Positions 23,378 to 33,939 of a DNA stretch of 64,000 nucleotides are shown piece by piece. This DNA is from Sedimenticola sp. Lineage in GTDB: Bacteria; Pseudomonadota; Gammaproteobacteria; Chromatiales; Chromatiaceae. The notes below the pieces were generated by a model, which was given only the letters and a program-made list of their open reading frames with translations, ran no database searches and was not told where the DNA came from. Within the stretch, counting starts at the first letter, position 1, and every line of letters begins with the position of its first letter. A program made the translations under genes and the position numbers. The stretch covers positions 211-64,210 of the forward strand of contig JALWMK010000033.1 in assembly GCA_027083925.1 (NCBI GenBank), in the 5' to 3' direction.

Positions 23378-26071
23378 ATGTCTATACTCGATTATGTTCC
23401 AGAAGATAAAACCCCATTGCCTCCCAAGAATGCGGAAGTGCTGACGACTTGCTGCGACTACTGCATCGTTGCCTGTGGCTACAAGATCTACCGCTGGCCA
23501 GCGAATGCAAAAGATGGTGGCCCCAAGGCTTCGCAAAATGCCTTTGGTGTGGACTTTCCCGCCGGCCCCATGCAGGCCTGGGTGGCGCCCACACAGCACA
23601 ATGTGGTAATGCATAACGGCAAGCCGCATAAGGTGGTTATCGTTCCTGACAAGGAATCCAGGGTGGTCAACATTGGCGGCGACTCCTCCATTCGCGGCGG
23701 CACCATCGCCGAGAAGTGCTATAACCCCAAGAAACCCACCAGAGATCGTCTCATGTCACCCATGATTCGCATCAATGGTACTTTGCAGCCGGTGCCCTGG
23801 GATACCGCCCTGGATGTGGCCGCAGAGTTGATCAAGCATACGGTCAAGGTTCATGGGGCCAATGCCTACGGGATGAAGATGTTTTCCTATCAGTTCGTGG
23901 AGAACACCTATGCTCTTTCCAAGTTTTCCCGGGGTGGTATCAATACCGCGAACTTTACATTCCATGATACCCCGGCCAATGTGACTTCTACGCCCGGTTT
24001 TCGGGATGCAGGGTTTGATAATTTTGGTCCGGCATACAAAGATTGGGGCGATGCGGAAGTGCTGATGATCTGCGGTACCGACCCGTATGAAACCAAGACC
24101 ATGATCTTCAACCAGTTCATCAAACCGGCCATTGATCAGGGGCAGAAGACCATCTGGCTGAACGTGCGGGAAACCGCCGGTCTGGCCTATGCCAAGAGCA
24201 GGGGAAATGCCCTGTTCATCCAGGTTGATCCCGGTACGGATGTTCCCGTCCTGGGTGCTATCGCCCGGGTCATTCTCGAAAATGGCTGGGAAGACTCCGA
24301 CTGGATCAAAAAGTGGGTCAACAACAAGTGGGAGTCCAGTTCCGGCTTCGGCCAGGGCACCCGTAACACGCCTTGGCAGTGGCGTACCACCTGGGGCAAG
24401 TTCCAGACCAACGGTATTAAAGGCTACAAGGAGTGGAACCTCGCCCAGAAGGAATATGATCCCAAGGAAGCCGCCAGGATCGCCAACATTCCTGTTGAGC
24501 AGATCTATCAGGCAGCAGAGTGGATGGCCAAACCCAAGGCAGATGGCACCCGCCCGAAAACTTCTCTGGGTATCGAGAAGGGTTTCTACTGGGCCAACAA
24601 TACCGGTAATACGAATGCAGTGAGTTCACTGGCTACTATTTGCGGTGCAGGCGGGCGTCCTGGAAAGGTGGTTGGTCGTTTTGGCGGGCATCAACGTGGC
24701 GGCACCGGTGGTGCTGGGTTTCCTCGCAACAAATCCCCACAGAAACGTCCCGGCCGCCGCCGCCAGGCCATGGATTGTGACCGCTATTTCTATTCCGGTT
24801 ACACCCGGTTTGCCCATGTGGTCGGCACCACCTGGATTCAGGCCATGTGCGGATCCCAGGGCTTGAACAACAAGTTCGAGGAACTGGTTACCAACAACCC
24901 CAACCAGGTGCGCTCCTCCAACAAGCAGGCCATTATCGACACGCTGAAGAAGCGCATGGATTCTGGTGGCACGGTGGTGCTCAACCAGGATATTTACCTG
25001 CGTGACCCCATTGGCTCGAAGTTTGCCGACATCGTGCTGCCAGCAGCAACCTGGGGTGAGGAGGACTTTGTACGGGCCAACGGCGAGCGCCGCATCCGCC
25101 TGTATTCCAAGTTCTATGATGCGCCGGGTGATGCCAAGCCGGATTGGTGGATTGTTGCGCAACTGGCGCATCGCATGGGCTTCGATGGCTATGACTGGAA
25201 AAACTCCAATGAAGTCTGCGAAGAGTCTTCCCGTTTCAGCCGCGGTAACCGCAAGGCCTACCACATGATCAAGGTGGCGGCTCACAAGGAGGGCAAGACC
25301 CTGCATGAGAAGCTGCGCGAGATGGGCACTGAAGGTATCCAGGGGCCGACTTTCTACAACTACAAGACTGGTGAGTTGATGGGTAGTGTGCGCTTGCACG
25401 ATACCGAGATGAGGCCGGAAATGATGGAAGCACAAGGTCGCACCCAGGGTGCGAATATGGTCAATAAGAAAATGAGCCATTTCAATTCCCAAACCGGCAA
25501 GATCAACATCCAGAAGCATCCCTGGAGCCTGTTCTCCGATTACTGGGAGTGGATGAGTCCGAAGAAAGACGAGTTGTGGCATACCAACGGCCGCATCAAT
25601 GAAGTCTGGCAATCCGGTTTTGATGATGTGGATCGCCGTGCCTACATCGCCCAACGCTGGCCGGAAAACTGGACGGAGATTCATCCTGACGATGCCGCCG
25701 CGCGGGGTATCGAATCCGGAGACAAGATCCTGCTGTACACTGATCGTGTGCCGGTTTTCCGCCAGACCATCAAGGGTGTGCATGGGTCAGACTTCAACTT
25801 TGCTGAGTTGCTGAAGAATGGCTGGATCGAGCTGAACAAGGCTGCTGTGGAAGCAGTAGCTATTGTCACGCCCCATGTGAAGAAGGGAACCATGTATTCC
25901 TACTTCCTCAATACCAGCCAGCCTTCCAACGTCCTGCAGGGTCGTGTGCCTGACCAGATCAGTGGAAACTACAACTACAAGATGGGGGTTTCCCGAGTCA
26001 AGAAAATCGGGGAATCCAAGTATAAGCATGAGTTTACGCACATGTCTTTTGCACCACGCAATGTAGTATAG
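23378..26071 (+). CDS. molybdopterin (DMSO reductase family) large subunit of AioA/IdrA clade (arsenite-oxidase-like; context favours iodate reductase)
   Basis: 897-aa ORF with a strong SD GGGAGGA. N-terminal C-x2-C-x3-C (CDYCIVAC), as in the AioA [3Fe-4S] site. Collinear by eye with AioA (…VVIVPDKESRVVN…). Confidence 0.85.
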   Translation: MSILDYVPEDKTPLPPKNAEVLTTCCDYCIVACGYKIYRWPANAKDGGPKASQNAFGVDFPAGPMQAWVAPTQHNVVMHNGKPHKVVIVPDKESRVVNIGGDSSIRGGTIAEKCYNPKKPTRDRLMSPMIRINGTLQPVPWDTALDVAAELIKHTVKVHGANAYGMKMFSYQFVENTYALSKFSRGGINTANFTFHDTPANVTSTPGFRDAGFDNFGPAYKDWGDAEVLMICGTDPYETKTMIFNQFIKPAIDQGQKTIWLNVRETAGLAYAKSRGNALFIQVDPGTDVPVLGAIARVILENGWEDSDWIKKWVNNKWESSSGFGQGTRNTPWQWRTTWGKFQTNGIKGYKEWNLAQKEYDPKEAARIANIPVEQIYQAAEWMAKPKADGTRPKTSLGIEKGFYWANNTGNTNAVSSLATICGAGGRPGKVVGRFGGHQRGGTGGAGFPRNKSPQKRPGRRRQAMDCDRYFYSGYTRFAHVVGTTWIQAMCGSQGLNNKFEELVTNNPNQVRSSNKQAIIDTLKKRMDSGGTVVLNQDIYLRDPIGSKFADIVLPAATWGEEDFVRANGERRIRLYSKFYDAPGDAKPDWWIVAQLAHRMGFDGYDWKNSNEVCEESSRFSRGNRKAYHMIKVAAHKEGKTLHEKLREMGTEGIQGPTFYNYKTGELMGSVRLHDTEMRPEMMEAQGRTQGANMVNKKMSHFNSQTGKINIQKHPWSLFSDYWEWMSPKKDELWHTNGRINEVWQSGFDDVDRRAYIAQRWPENWTEIHPDDAAARGIESGDKILLYTDRVPVFRQTIKGVHGSDFNFAELLKNGWIELNKAAVEAVAIVTPHVKKGTMYSYFLNTSQPSNVLQGRVPDQISGNYNYKMGVSRVKKIGESKYKHEFTHMSFAPRNVV

Positions 26072-26093
26072 GTTTCCGTTAACCGGAGACAGA

Positions 26094-26121
26094 GGGGTGG
26101 CCATTGGCCGCCCCTTTTTTT
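26094..26121 (+). terminator. rho-independent terminator
   Basis: GGGGTGGCC-ATT-GGCCGCCCC stem followed by a T7 run, 23 nt after the large-subunit stop. Confidence 0.75.
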
Positions 26122-26229
26122 ACCCTGTTACTGTTCGTCTTAGTAAGGGCCTATAAAAAGGCGTAAATAGTTTCAGTGGGCTGACTGCTGGGGCGGTGCA
26201 TGCTATGGTAAAACCTGATTTTCCTTGCT

Positions 26230-26466
26230 ATGCCGATCATGTTTGATAAGACAGACCTGCTGAAACTGGCCAAAACCCCCATGCCTTTTGGAAAATACAA
26301 GGGACGGTTGCTTATCGATCTTCCAGAGCACTATTTGTTGTGGTTTTCCAAAAAGGGTTTTCCCGAGGGAAAGTTGGGGGAACTCCTGCAGCTTTCCCTG
26401 GAAATCAGGATCAATGGCCTGGAATATCTGGTTGAACCCATGAAGAAGTTTCCCACGGTGCACTGA
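26230..26466 (+). CDS. DUF3820-like small protein
   Basis: 78-aa ORF. MPFGKYKGRLLIDLPEHYLLWF matches my recollection of the DUF3820 family. Confidence 0.65.
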   Translation: MPIMFDKTDLLKLAKTPMPFGKYKGRLLIDLPEHYLLWFSKKGFPEGKLGELLQLSLEIRINGLEYLVEPMKKFPTVH

Positions 26467-26467
26467 G

Positions 26468-27241
26468 TTGCGTGTCGCTGGTTTGTCGTACATGCTTGTC
26501 CCCGGCTTGATACTGGCTGGTTGGTCCTTATGGAAGGACAGCCTGCCTTGTCTTCTAGTGCTGGTGCTCATGTTTCCCGTTCTTGGCCTGATTGCGTTGA
26601 ATATGCTGGAAGTGGCGCTCATGCGGCGGCGCGCCTTGGTGGGGATGTATCTGTGTGACGGCAGCTGGTTGTCCCGGCTGCTGTCCCGGAAAGTGATTCT
26701 GATGCTGTGGCAGGTGGCAAAGGCCACTTTTTTTACCTTTGTCCTGTTTCTTGAAGCCCTGGACTGGCCGGTGTGGCTTTGGTGGGTGCTGCTTGCCGAT
26801 GCTTTTCTCATGTACACTGTTCATGGCTGGCTCCGGGTGTTGCTGCAAACCCAGGTGAAGCCGGGACAAGATGGTGTCATCGCCCGGCGCATACTGGTAA
26901 CAGTCAACACCCTGCTGCTGGCGCTTTTGCTGGCGAGTGGGTTGATGTTTGAAAAGCAAATTGCATACAAGAACATGTCTTTGCAGGAAACCATGTTGCA
27001 TGCGGCGCAGCAGGAACGGCTGGCCTGTGACCTGATGTCGCCGCTGGTGCGGCTGCAGGCTGTGCAGCATGCCCTGACTGCGCGTTTTGTCCATCAGGGG
27101 CTGGAATCCGTTGATCATGCGTGGAGCAGGATAGCGGGCTGGCTGCTGTTTTTTTTCTGGTCTGGTCTTTCCCTTTGGGCATGGAGCCGCATGCTTCTGG
27201 GAACCCTGATCCGAAAACCAGATCTTGCTGCAGCGGGGTAA
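26468..27241 (+). CDS. hypothetical polytopic membrane protein
   Basis: 257-aa ORF with several hydrophobic helices. The start is uncertain (TTG 26468 or ATG 26492). The antisense ORFs are R/Q/P-rich and look spurious. Confidence 0.55.
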   Translation: MRVAGLSYMLVPGLILAGWSLWKDSLPCLLVLVLMFPVLGLIALNMLEVALMRRRALVGMYLCDGSWLSRLLSRKVILMLWQVAKATFFTFVLFLEALDWPVWLWWVLLADAFLMYTVHGWLRVLLQTQVKPGQDGVIARRILVTVNTLLLALLLASGLMFEKQIAYKNMSLQETMLHAAQQERLACDLMSPLVRLQAVQHALTARFVHQGLESVDHAWSRIAGWLLFFFWSGLSLWAWSRMLLGTLIRKPDLAAAG

Positions 27242-28460
27242 TGCTGTGAATCGCGGTAATACATCTTCCACCAAGCTGGTATGGCTTGGCTTCTTTGGCA
27301 TGATCGTGCTGCTGGCTCTGCTCGCCAGTTTTGCCCTGTTGCTCGGAGGCAAGCAGCTGGCCGAAAAGCAGGTGCAGCAGCAGGCAGGGCCGGTTCAGGC
27401 GCTGCTGTATGTGATTCTCAACGGGGAGCGAAGGGTAGTCCCCGAAGCCAGCCGCCTGCAGCTTTCCCTGGACATGCAAGATGCAGTGGATGCCGAGCGA
27501 AAAACACTGCAGCAGCAATTGCAACAACGAATAGATGTTGCCGTGGCGACGGCGTTTGCGCCGGTGCATGGGCATGTTGGTGATTTTGCAGACTGGTATT
27601 ACTCCCTTACCGGTGAATATATGCGTTATGCCCATGCTGTTGGTGGTGATATGGCAGAGTATCTGGAGCAGCGCCTCAAGGAGACGGTTTTTCTGCCTGC
27701 GGCACTGGATGTAAACCTCGATGCCATGCTGGCGGATCTGAATGCCGGGTTGCAGCAAGGGATGCAGCAGTCGGGGGGGAGGCTGGCTGCAAAATTACAG
27801 TCGTTCGTTACGGCCAACTCCCGACCGTCAGGCACGGGGGAGGTTGTTATCGGGGACAGCCTGGATCTGGATCGGTTGTTTTCCTCCAACTTGCAACTCA
27901 GCACGGCAGATGTGAGCCGGCAAGTGTTCGCCACCTTGGCAGCTACAGGGACGGGAGCGGCGCTTGCCAAGGGCATGGGTGCGGTTGTGGTGAAAAAGAC
28001 CGTGGCGGAAATTGCAGCAACCAAGAGCTTTCACGCGGCTTCCGCACTTCTTGTCAAGCTGGCGGCCAAATCCGCAGTCAAGGGTGGCGGAGCGCTGGCG
28101 GGGGCCGGTGCAGGCGCGCTGGTCTGCAGCCCAGCGGGGCCGGCGGCACTGGTTTGTGGTGCAATTGGCGGCCTGGTGGCATGGGTGGCCGTTGACAAGG
28201 CGGTAATCGAGCTGGATGAGGCATTGAACCGAAAGGTGTTCGAGGAAGATATACATGCCGCCATAACGGTTCAGCAGCAGCAGTTGAAAGAATCCCTGCA
28301 GCAGGTATATGCCAAAGTTCTGGATGAAAGTTTTCTGTCGCTGCAAAAGAATGCTCAGGCGCTGGCAGCGTCTGCGGGGGAATTTATTCCGGCGGATCTG
28401 CTTCTCCATCCAGAAGACGAGACAGATTATGGAAAACAAGCTGTTTCCCCAGTGAGGTAA
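27225..28460 (+). CDS. hypothetical membrane protein with coiled-coil and glycine-zipper segments
   Basis: 411-aa ORF with an N-terminal helix and a G/A-rich segment GGGALAGAGAGALVCSPAGPAALVCGAIGG. The start is uncertain (TTG 27225 or GTG 27246). Confidence 0.55.
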   Translation: MLQRGNAVNRGNTSSTKLVWLGFFGMIVLLALLASFALLLGGKQLAEKQVQQQAGPVQALLYVILNGERRVVPEASRLQLSLDMQDAVDAERKTLQQQLQQRIDVAVATAFAPVHGHVGDFADWYYSLTGEYMRYAHAVGGDMAEYLEQRLKETVFLPAALDVNLDAMLADLNAGLQQGMQQSGGRLAAKLQSFVTANSRPSGTGEVVIGDSLDLDRLFSSNLQLSTADVSRQVFATLAATGTGAALAKGMGAVVVKKTVAEIAATKSFHAASALLVKLAAKSAVKGGGALAGAGAGALVCSPAGPAALVCGAIGGLVAWVAVDKAVIELDEALNRKVFEEDIHAAITVQQQQLKESLQQVYAKVLDESFLSLQKNAQALAASAGEFIPADLLLHPEDETDYGKQAVSPVR

Positions 28461-29025
28461 ACTGAAAACGGCTGATGCCTGCATTGTTGACCCTGGCCCG
28501 ATACCAGGCGGCAGCAGGCGCCTGCACGACATAACCCAGCGCGGCGCGTATGACTCCGGCGTGGGCGACAATGAGGATGTTCCGGCCGCCGGATTCTGAG
28601 ACCGCCTGTTCCAGGGCCGTTGCTACACGGGTTCCGAATTGGTACAGGTCTTCTGCATTGCGGGGGCGGTTGTTCACCGGGTCGGTGTAGAAGGCCTGGT
28701 ATTCCCCGGGACGGCTTTGCCTGATACTGTCCGGGCTGTGGCCTTCCCAGTCGCCAAAGCCCACTTCACGAAAATCCCTTTCCAGGGCTAGCGGTAATTC
28801 GTGCCTGTCTGCAAGCGCCCGGGCGAATGCAAGGCAGCGCAGCATGGGCGAAGTTATTATCTGATCCCAATGATTCTGTTCTCCCACGGCCTGCCACATT
28901 TGCCGCCAACCCTTTTCGCTGAGTGGGTCATCAATGCTGGAGCCGCGGTACAGGCTTCCCCCCAGAGGCTCGCCGTGGCGGATGAGATCGATGCGGGTGG
29001 TTTTTACGGAGGCGGTAGTTTGCAT
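28384..29025 (-). CDS. histidine phosphatase family protein (phosphoglycerate mutase/CobC-like)
   Basis: 213-aa ORF. RIDLIRHGEP catalytic motif and a later VAHAGVIRA His motif. Confidence 0.8.
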   Translation of the reverse strand: MQTTASVKTTRIDLIRHGEPLGGSLYRGSSIDDPLSEKGWRQMWQAVGEQNHWDQIITSPMLRCLAFARALADRHELPLALERDFREVGFGDWEGHSPDSIRQSRPGEYQAFYTDPVNNRPRNAEDLYQFGTRVATALEQAVSESGGRNILIVAHAGVIRAALGYVVQAPAAAWYRARVNNAGISRFQFTSLGKQLVFHNLSRLLDGEADPPE

Positions 29026-29040
29026 GGGTGTTGATCGTGC

Positions 29041-29493
29041 TCAGTCAGGTGTTGATGATAGCCACAGCAACAGGCCATAGCGAGTCCCCTTTCCCAGGGC
29101 GATGAACAGGGCTGACTGGAACAGGGGCATGCGCATCCAGCCAGCGGCTGCACACAGGGGGTCGCCGATGATGGGAACCCAGGACAGCAGTAACAGTGGC
29201 GAACCGTGCTTTTCCAGCCAGGCCAGGGCTTTTTTCTGACGCGGCTTGTGCAATCCCGCTTCAGGGAAGCGATAGCGCAGCCAGCGGCCAATGCCCCAGC
29301 TGCTCAGTCCCCCCAGGGTGTTGCCGAGGGTCGCAGTGAGCAACAGCAGTGTGGGACTGTAGCTCTGCTGGTAGTTCAGCCACAGCAGTATCGCTTCGGA
29401 GCCGCCCGGGAGCAGGGTTGCCGCCAGAAAGCTGCTGAAGAACAGTCCCCACAGCCCGCTGTTTTCAATCATGTCTGTCGGGTGCGAGCACAA
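29041..29493 (-). CDS. YqaA/DedA-type small membrane protein
   Basis: 150-aa hydrophobic ORF with the typical GGSEA...L and PIIGDPL motifs. Confidence 0.7.
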   Translation of the reverse strand: MCSHPTDMIENSGLWGLFFSSFLAATLLPGGSEAILLWLNYQQSYSPTLLLLTATLGNTLGGLSSWGIGRWLRYRFPEAGLHKPRQKKALAWLEKHGSPLLLLSWVPIIGDPLCAAAGWMRMPLFQSALFIALGKGTRYGLLLWLSSTPD

Positions 29494-30012
29494 ACAGCAC
29501 CGGGCCAGAGGATTCGATGCGGCTCAGTTGCAGCTTGTCTGTGGCCAGCTTCTGCAGTTGTAGCTCCACTGCGGCGGCTTCGTCCCTGCCGCCGGGATGT
29601 CCCCGGTAGGCGAGTACGCTGATGATGCCTAGCGGGCACAGCAACTCTTTGGCTTGCTGCAGGGCGGGCAGGGTAGTGAGGCTGGTGGTGATGGTGTTTT
29701 TGTCGCCGTGGGGCAGATAGCCCAGATTGAAGACCGCGGCCCGGATTTTTCCTTGGGTGCCGGTGGGTAGTTTGTCCCGCATCTGCTGGTGTCCGTGATG
29801 AAGGAGCTGCACCTGTGCCGCCAACCCCTGTTCCTGCAGCTGTTGTGCGGTGCGCTCCAGTGCCTGCCGCTGAATGTCGAAGACAAAAACCCTGCCTGTG
29901 GGGCCGACCTGCCGGGCAAGAAAGCAGCAATCATGGCCGTTGCCGGCGGTTGCATCAATTGCCAGATTACCGGGTTGAAGGTATTGGTCGAGAATACTGT
30001 GGGCCAGCTGGG

Positions 30013-30022
<10 letters not shown>
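29465..30022 (-). CDS. class I SAM-dependent methyltransferase (putative rRNA methylase family)
   Basis: 185-aa ORF. AIDATAGNGHDCCFLA SAM-binding motif followed by VFVFDIQ. Confidence 0.7.
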
Positions 30023-31651
<1,629 letters not shown>

Positions 31652-31773
31652 TTTGAGGATCCTTTCATTGCCTGATATACAGATTGTAAACGGGAATATG
31701 GGCGGGGTGTAGGGGTATCACAAACTGCTGGTTTTCAGTACCCTGTGAAAACCCGTATTTTTCAGGATTCACC

Positions 31774-32970
31774 ATGCCAGAGTTTCTTTCCACAGCCGCT
31801 GTTTTCCTGTACCGCGTCATGAAGCGTTTTCTTGCCGATGGCGGGCTGGAAAGGACGGGTTCTCTTGCCTATACCACCTTGCTGTCGCTGGTGCCTTTGA
31901 TGACAGTGGTGCTTGCCATCCTGTCAGCATTTCCCATTGCCGAGAAAGTCAGCGACATCGTGCAGGATTTCATTTTCCAGAATTTCATGCCTGCTTCCGG
32001 GGAGGTGGTGCATCAGTATCTGTTGGAATTCAGCAGCAAGGCATCCCGGCTCAGCGGTGTGGGTTTTCTGGCTCTGTTGGTGGTGGCCATCATGCTGATG
32101 GCCACCATTGACAAGACATTCAATGCGATCTGGAAAGTCCGGCGCAAGCGGCGGGCGCTGAGCAAGTTTCTGGTGTATTGGACGGTTCTGTCCATGGGGC
32201 CGGTGCTGGTTGGGGCAAGTGTGCTGGCCACTTCCTACCTGATTTCGCTGCCCATGATTTCCGAGGCCACCGCCAGCGGCATGGGCCGCACTCTGCTCGA
32301 GTGGGTGCCGACGCTGGCTTCCGGAGTGGCGTTTACGCTGCTGTACTGGCTGGTGCCCAATCGGCCTGTCAGGTTTTGGCATGCGATGCTAGGCGGTGCT
32401 GTTGCCGCCGTGCTGTTCGAATTTACCAAACAGGGTTTTGCCTGGTATCTCACCACCTTCCCCACCTATGAAGCCATCTATGGGGCGCTGGCGGCGATCC
32501 CTATCTTTCTCTTGTGGATCTATCTGTCCTGGCTGGTGGTGCTGTTTGGGGCGGAGTTCACTTATGGGCTGGGTGTATATCGGCGGTTGGTGCGCCATGG
32601 GGACGATGCGGCGGCCGAACTGGAGAATATGCTTTGTCTGCTGCTGCAACTTGCATGTGCCCAGAAAAAAGGCACCGCGTTAGCTCTGCGCAAACTGCAG
32701 CACTGCAGCGCAGACGCCGAGCACCTGCTGACGAGGCTGCTGGCGCGCAAGCTTGTGGAGCGCAACGAAAAAGGGCGCTGGTTGCTGGCCAGGGGCAGCC
32801 AGGACATCACCCTGTATGAAGTGTATCTTGCAGCAGATCACCGCTTGCCCGTTGCCTCTGAGCCAGCCTGGCCCAAAGGTTCGGCCTTGGGGGAATTGTA
32901 TCGGCGGGTGGATGCTTCCCTTGCGGAAATACTCAGCCTGCCTCTTGCCTCACTGGATCAGGAAAAATAG
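31774..32970 (+). CDS. YihY/BrkB family inner membrane protein
   Basis: 398-aa polytopic ORF with the N-terminal GSLAYTTLLSLVPLM motif typical of the family. Confidence 0.8.
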   Translation: MPEFLSTAAVFLYRVMKRFLADGGLERTGSLAYTTLLSLVPLMTVVLAILSAFPIAEKVSDIVQDFIFQNFMPASGEVVHQYLLEFSSKASRLSGVGFLALLVVAIMLMATIDKTFNAIWKVRRKRRALSKFLVYWTVLSMGPVLVGASVLATSYLISLPMISEATASGMGRTLLEWVPTLASGVAFTLLYWLVPNRPVRFWHAMLGGAVAAVLFEFTKQGFAWYLTTFPTYEAIYGALAAIPIFLLWIYLSWLVVLFGAEFTYGLGVYRRLVRHGDDAAAELENMLCLLLQLACAQKKGTALALRKLQHCSADAEHLLTRLLARKLVERNEKGRWLLARGSQDITLYEVYLAADHRLPVASEPAWPKGSALGELYRRVDASLAEILSLPLASLDQEK

Positions 32971-32982
32971 CGGGCTGCGTCT

Positions 32983-33939
32983 TCAGGGGTTTCCTGTCGG
33001 TGCTGTGCCTTTGGCGGCCCGTTGCTCCTGCATCTGGCGCACGGTTTCACGCTGCTCTTTCTGTTTCGCTGTAAGCGCAATGGCATCGAGATAGGGCACG
33101 ACGCCCTGGGCGCGTATGATCTCCCGGCCTTTTCTGGAAAGCGCAAAGGAGATAAAACGCTTGATTTCCTTCAACTGTGGGTTGTCACGCGTCATGTAGG
33201 TGACATAGAGGGGCCGGTAAAGCAGGTAATGTCCGGACTTGATGTTTTCGTAATCCGGTGTTTTTCCTTCCAGGGCAAGGAGTTTGACATCACGTTTTCT
33301 GGCGCTGGAAATGCCGGAAATCCCGATGGCGTTGGGGTTTTCCGCTACGGCTTTCTCCAGTGGACCAGACGATGGGTATTCCGCTGATCCCCTGAATTCC
33401 TGATCAGGGTTTCCCCATACAAGTTGCCTGAGGGTGCTGCCTACTCCGGATATTTTTCCCTTGCGAACCAGGAGTTCTACGGGGGCGTTGTTTCCTCCCA
33501 GTTCTTTCCAGTTGCTTATCTTGCCCTCGTACAGATCCTTCACCTGTTTCAGGCTGATGTTGGATGCCGGATTGTCCTTGTGTACCATTACCACAAGGGC
33601 ATCCCAGGCGACCGGGGTCATGCGCACGAAACGTTCTTCTGCGGCGCCTGCAATTTTTGGCCTGCATGCGCCTCCAATATTGACGCTACGATCCTTTACC
33701 CGCCGGATGCCTTTGGTTGCTCCTCCTCCTTCCAGGATAAAGTGCACACCATAGATTTTTTCATATTCAAGGGCCAACTCTTTCATGAAGGCCTTTTTGG
33801 TGATGCCGCAGCCTGCCCAGCGCAAGGTGCGTGAGTCATTGTTGATATTCGGGAGCGGGTCTGTCTGATTTTCAGCGGCTTGAACTCCGGTAATGGTTAA
33901 CAGGAATCCGAGCACAATGATCAGGTTGTTTTTCACCAA
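32983..33939 (-). CDS. periplasmic substrate-binding protein, PstS/PBP-like fold (orphan)
   Basis: 318-aa ORF with a signal peptide and GGGATKGI...GGACRP motifs of the phosphate-binding-protein-like family. No transporter genes are adjacent. Confidence 0.6.
   Translation of the reverse strand: MVKNNLIIVLGFLLTITGVQAAENQTDPLPNINNDSRTLRWAGCGITKKAFMKELALEYEKIYGVHFILEGGGATKGIRRVKDRSVNIGGACRPKIAGAAEERFVRMTPVAWDALVVMVHKDNPASNISLKQVKDLYEGKISNWKELGGNNAPVELLVRKGKISGVGSTLRQLVWGNPDQEFRGSAEYPSSGPLEKAVAENPNAIGISGISSARKRDVKLLALEGKTPDYENIKSGHYLLYRPLYVTYMTRDNPQLKEIKRFISFALSRKGREIIRAQGVVPYLDAIALTAKQKEQRETVRQMQEQRAAKGTAPTGNP

Noticed and set aside
24626-25783. 385-aa minus-strand ORF inside the Mo-enzyme large subunit gene
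   Set aside because: It is antisense to a gene with clear family collinearity. It has no start context, no motifs and a biased composition.
22788-26071. Straightforward annotation as arsenite oxidase AioBA
   Set aside because: Not rejected as a family assignment. As a functional call it is downgraded for three reasons. The pair is chained to two cytochrome c peroxidases, which is the idrP1P2 pattern. There is no aioXSR-like set. There are no linked arsenic genes. Phylogeny is needed to decide.
26203-28571. Minus-strand ORFs 26203-26817, 26555-27352, 26904-27758 and 27828-28571 opposite the hypothetical membrane protein genes
   Set aside because: I considered that the minus strand might be the coding one, because the plus-strand proteins have no known family. 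The minus frames overlap one another and are Arg/Gln/Pro/His-rich. They lack hydrophobic or domain structure, whereas the plus frames give coherent transmembrane helices.
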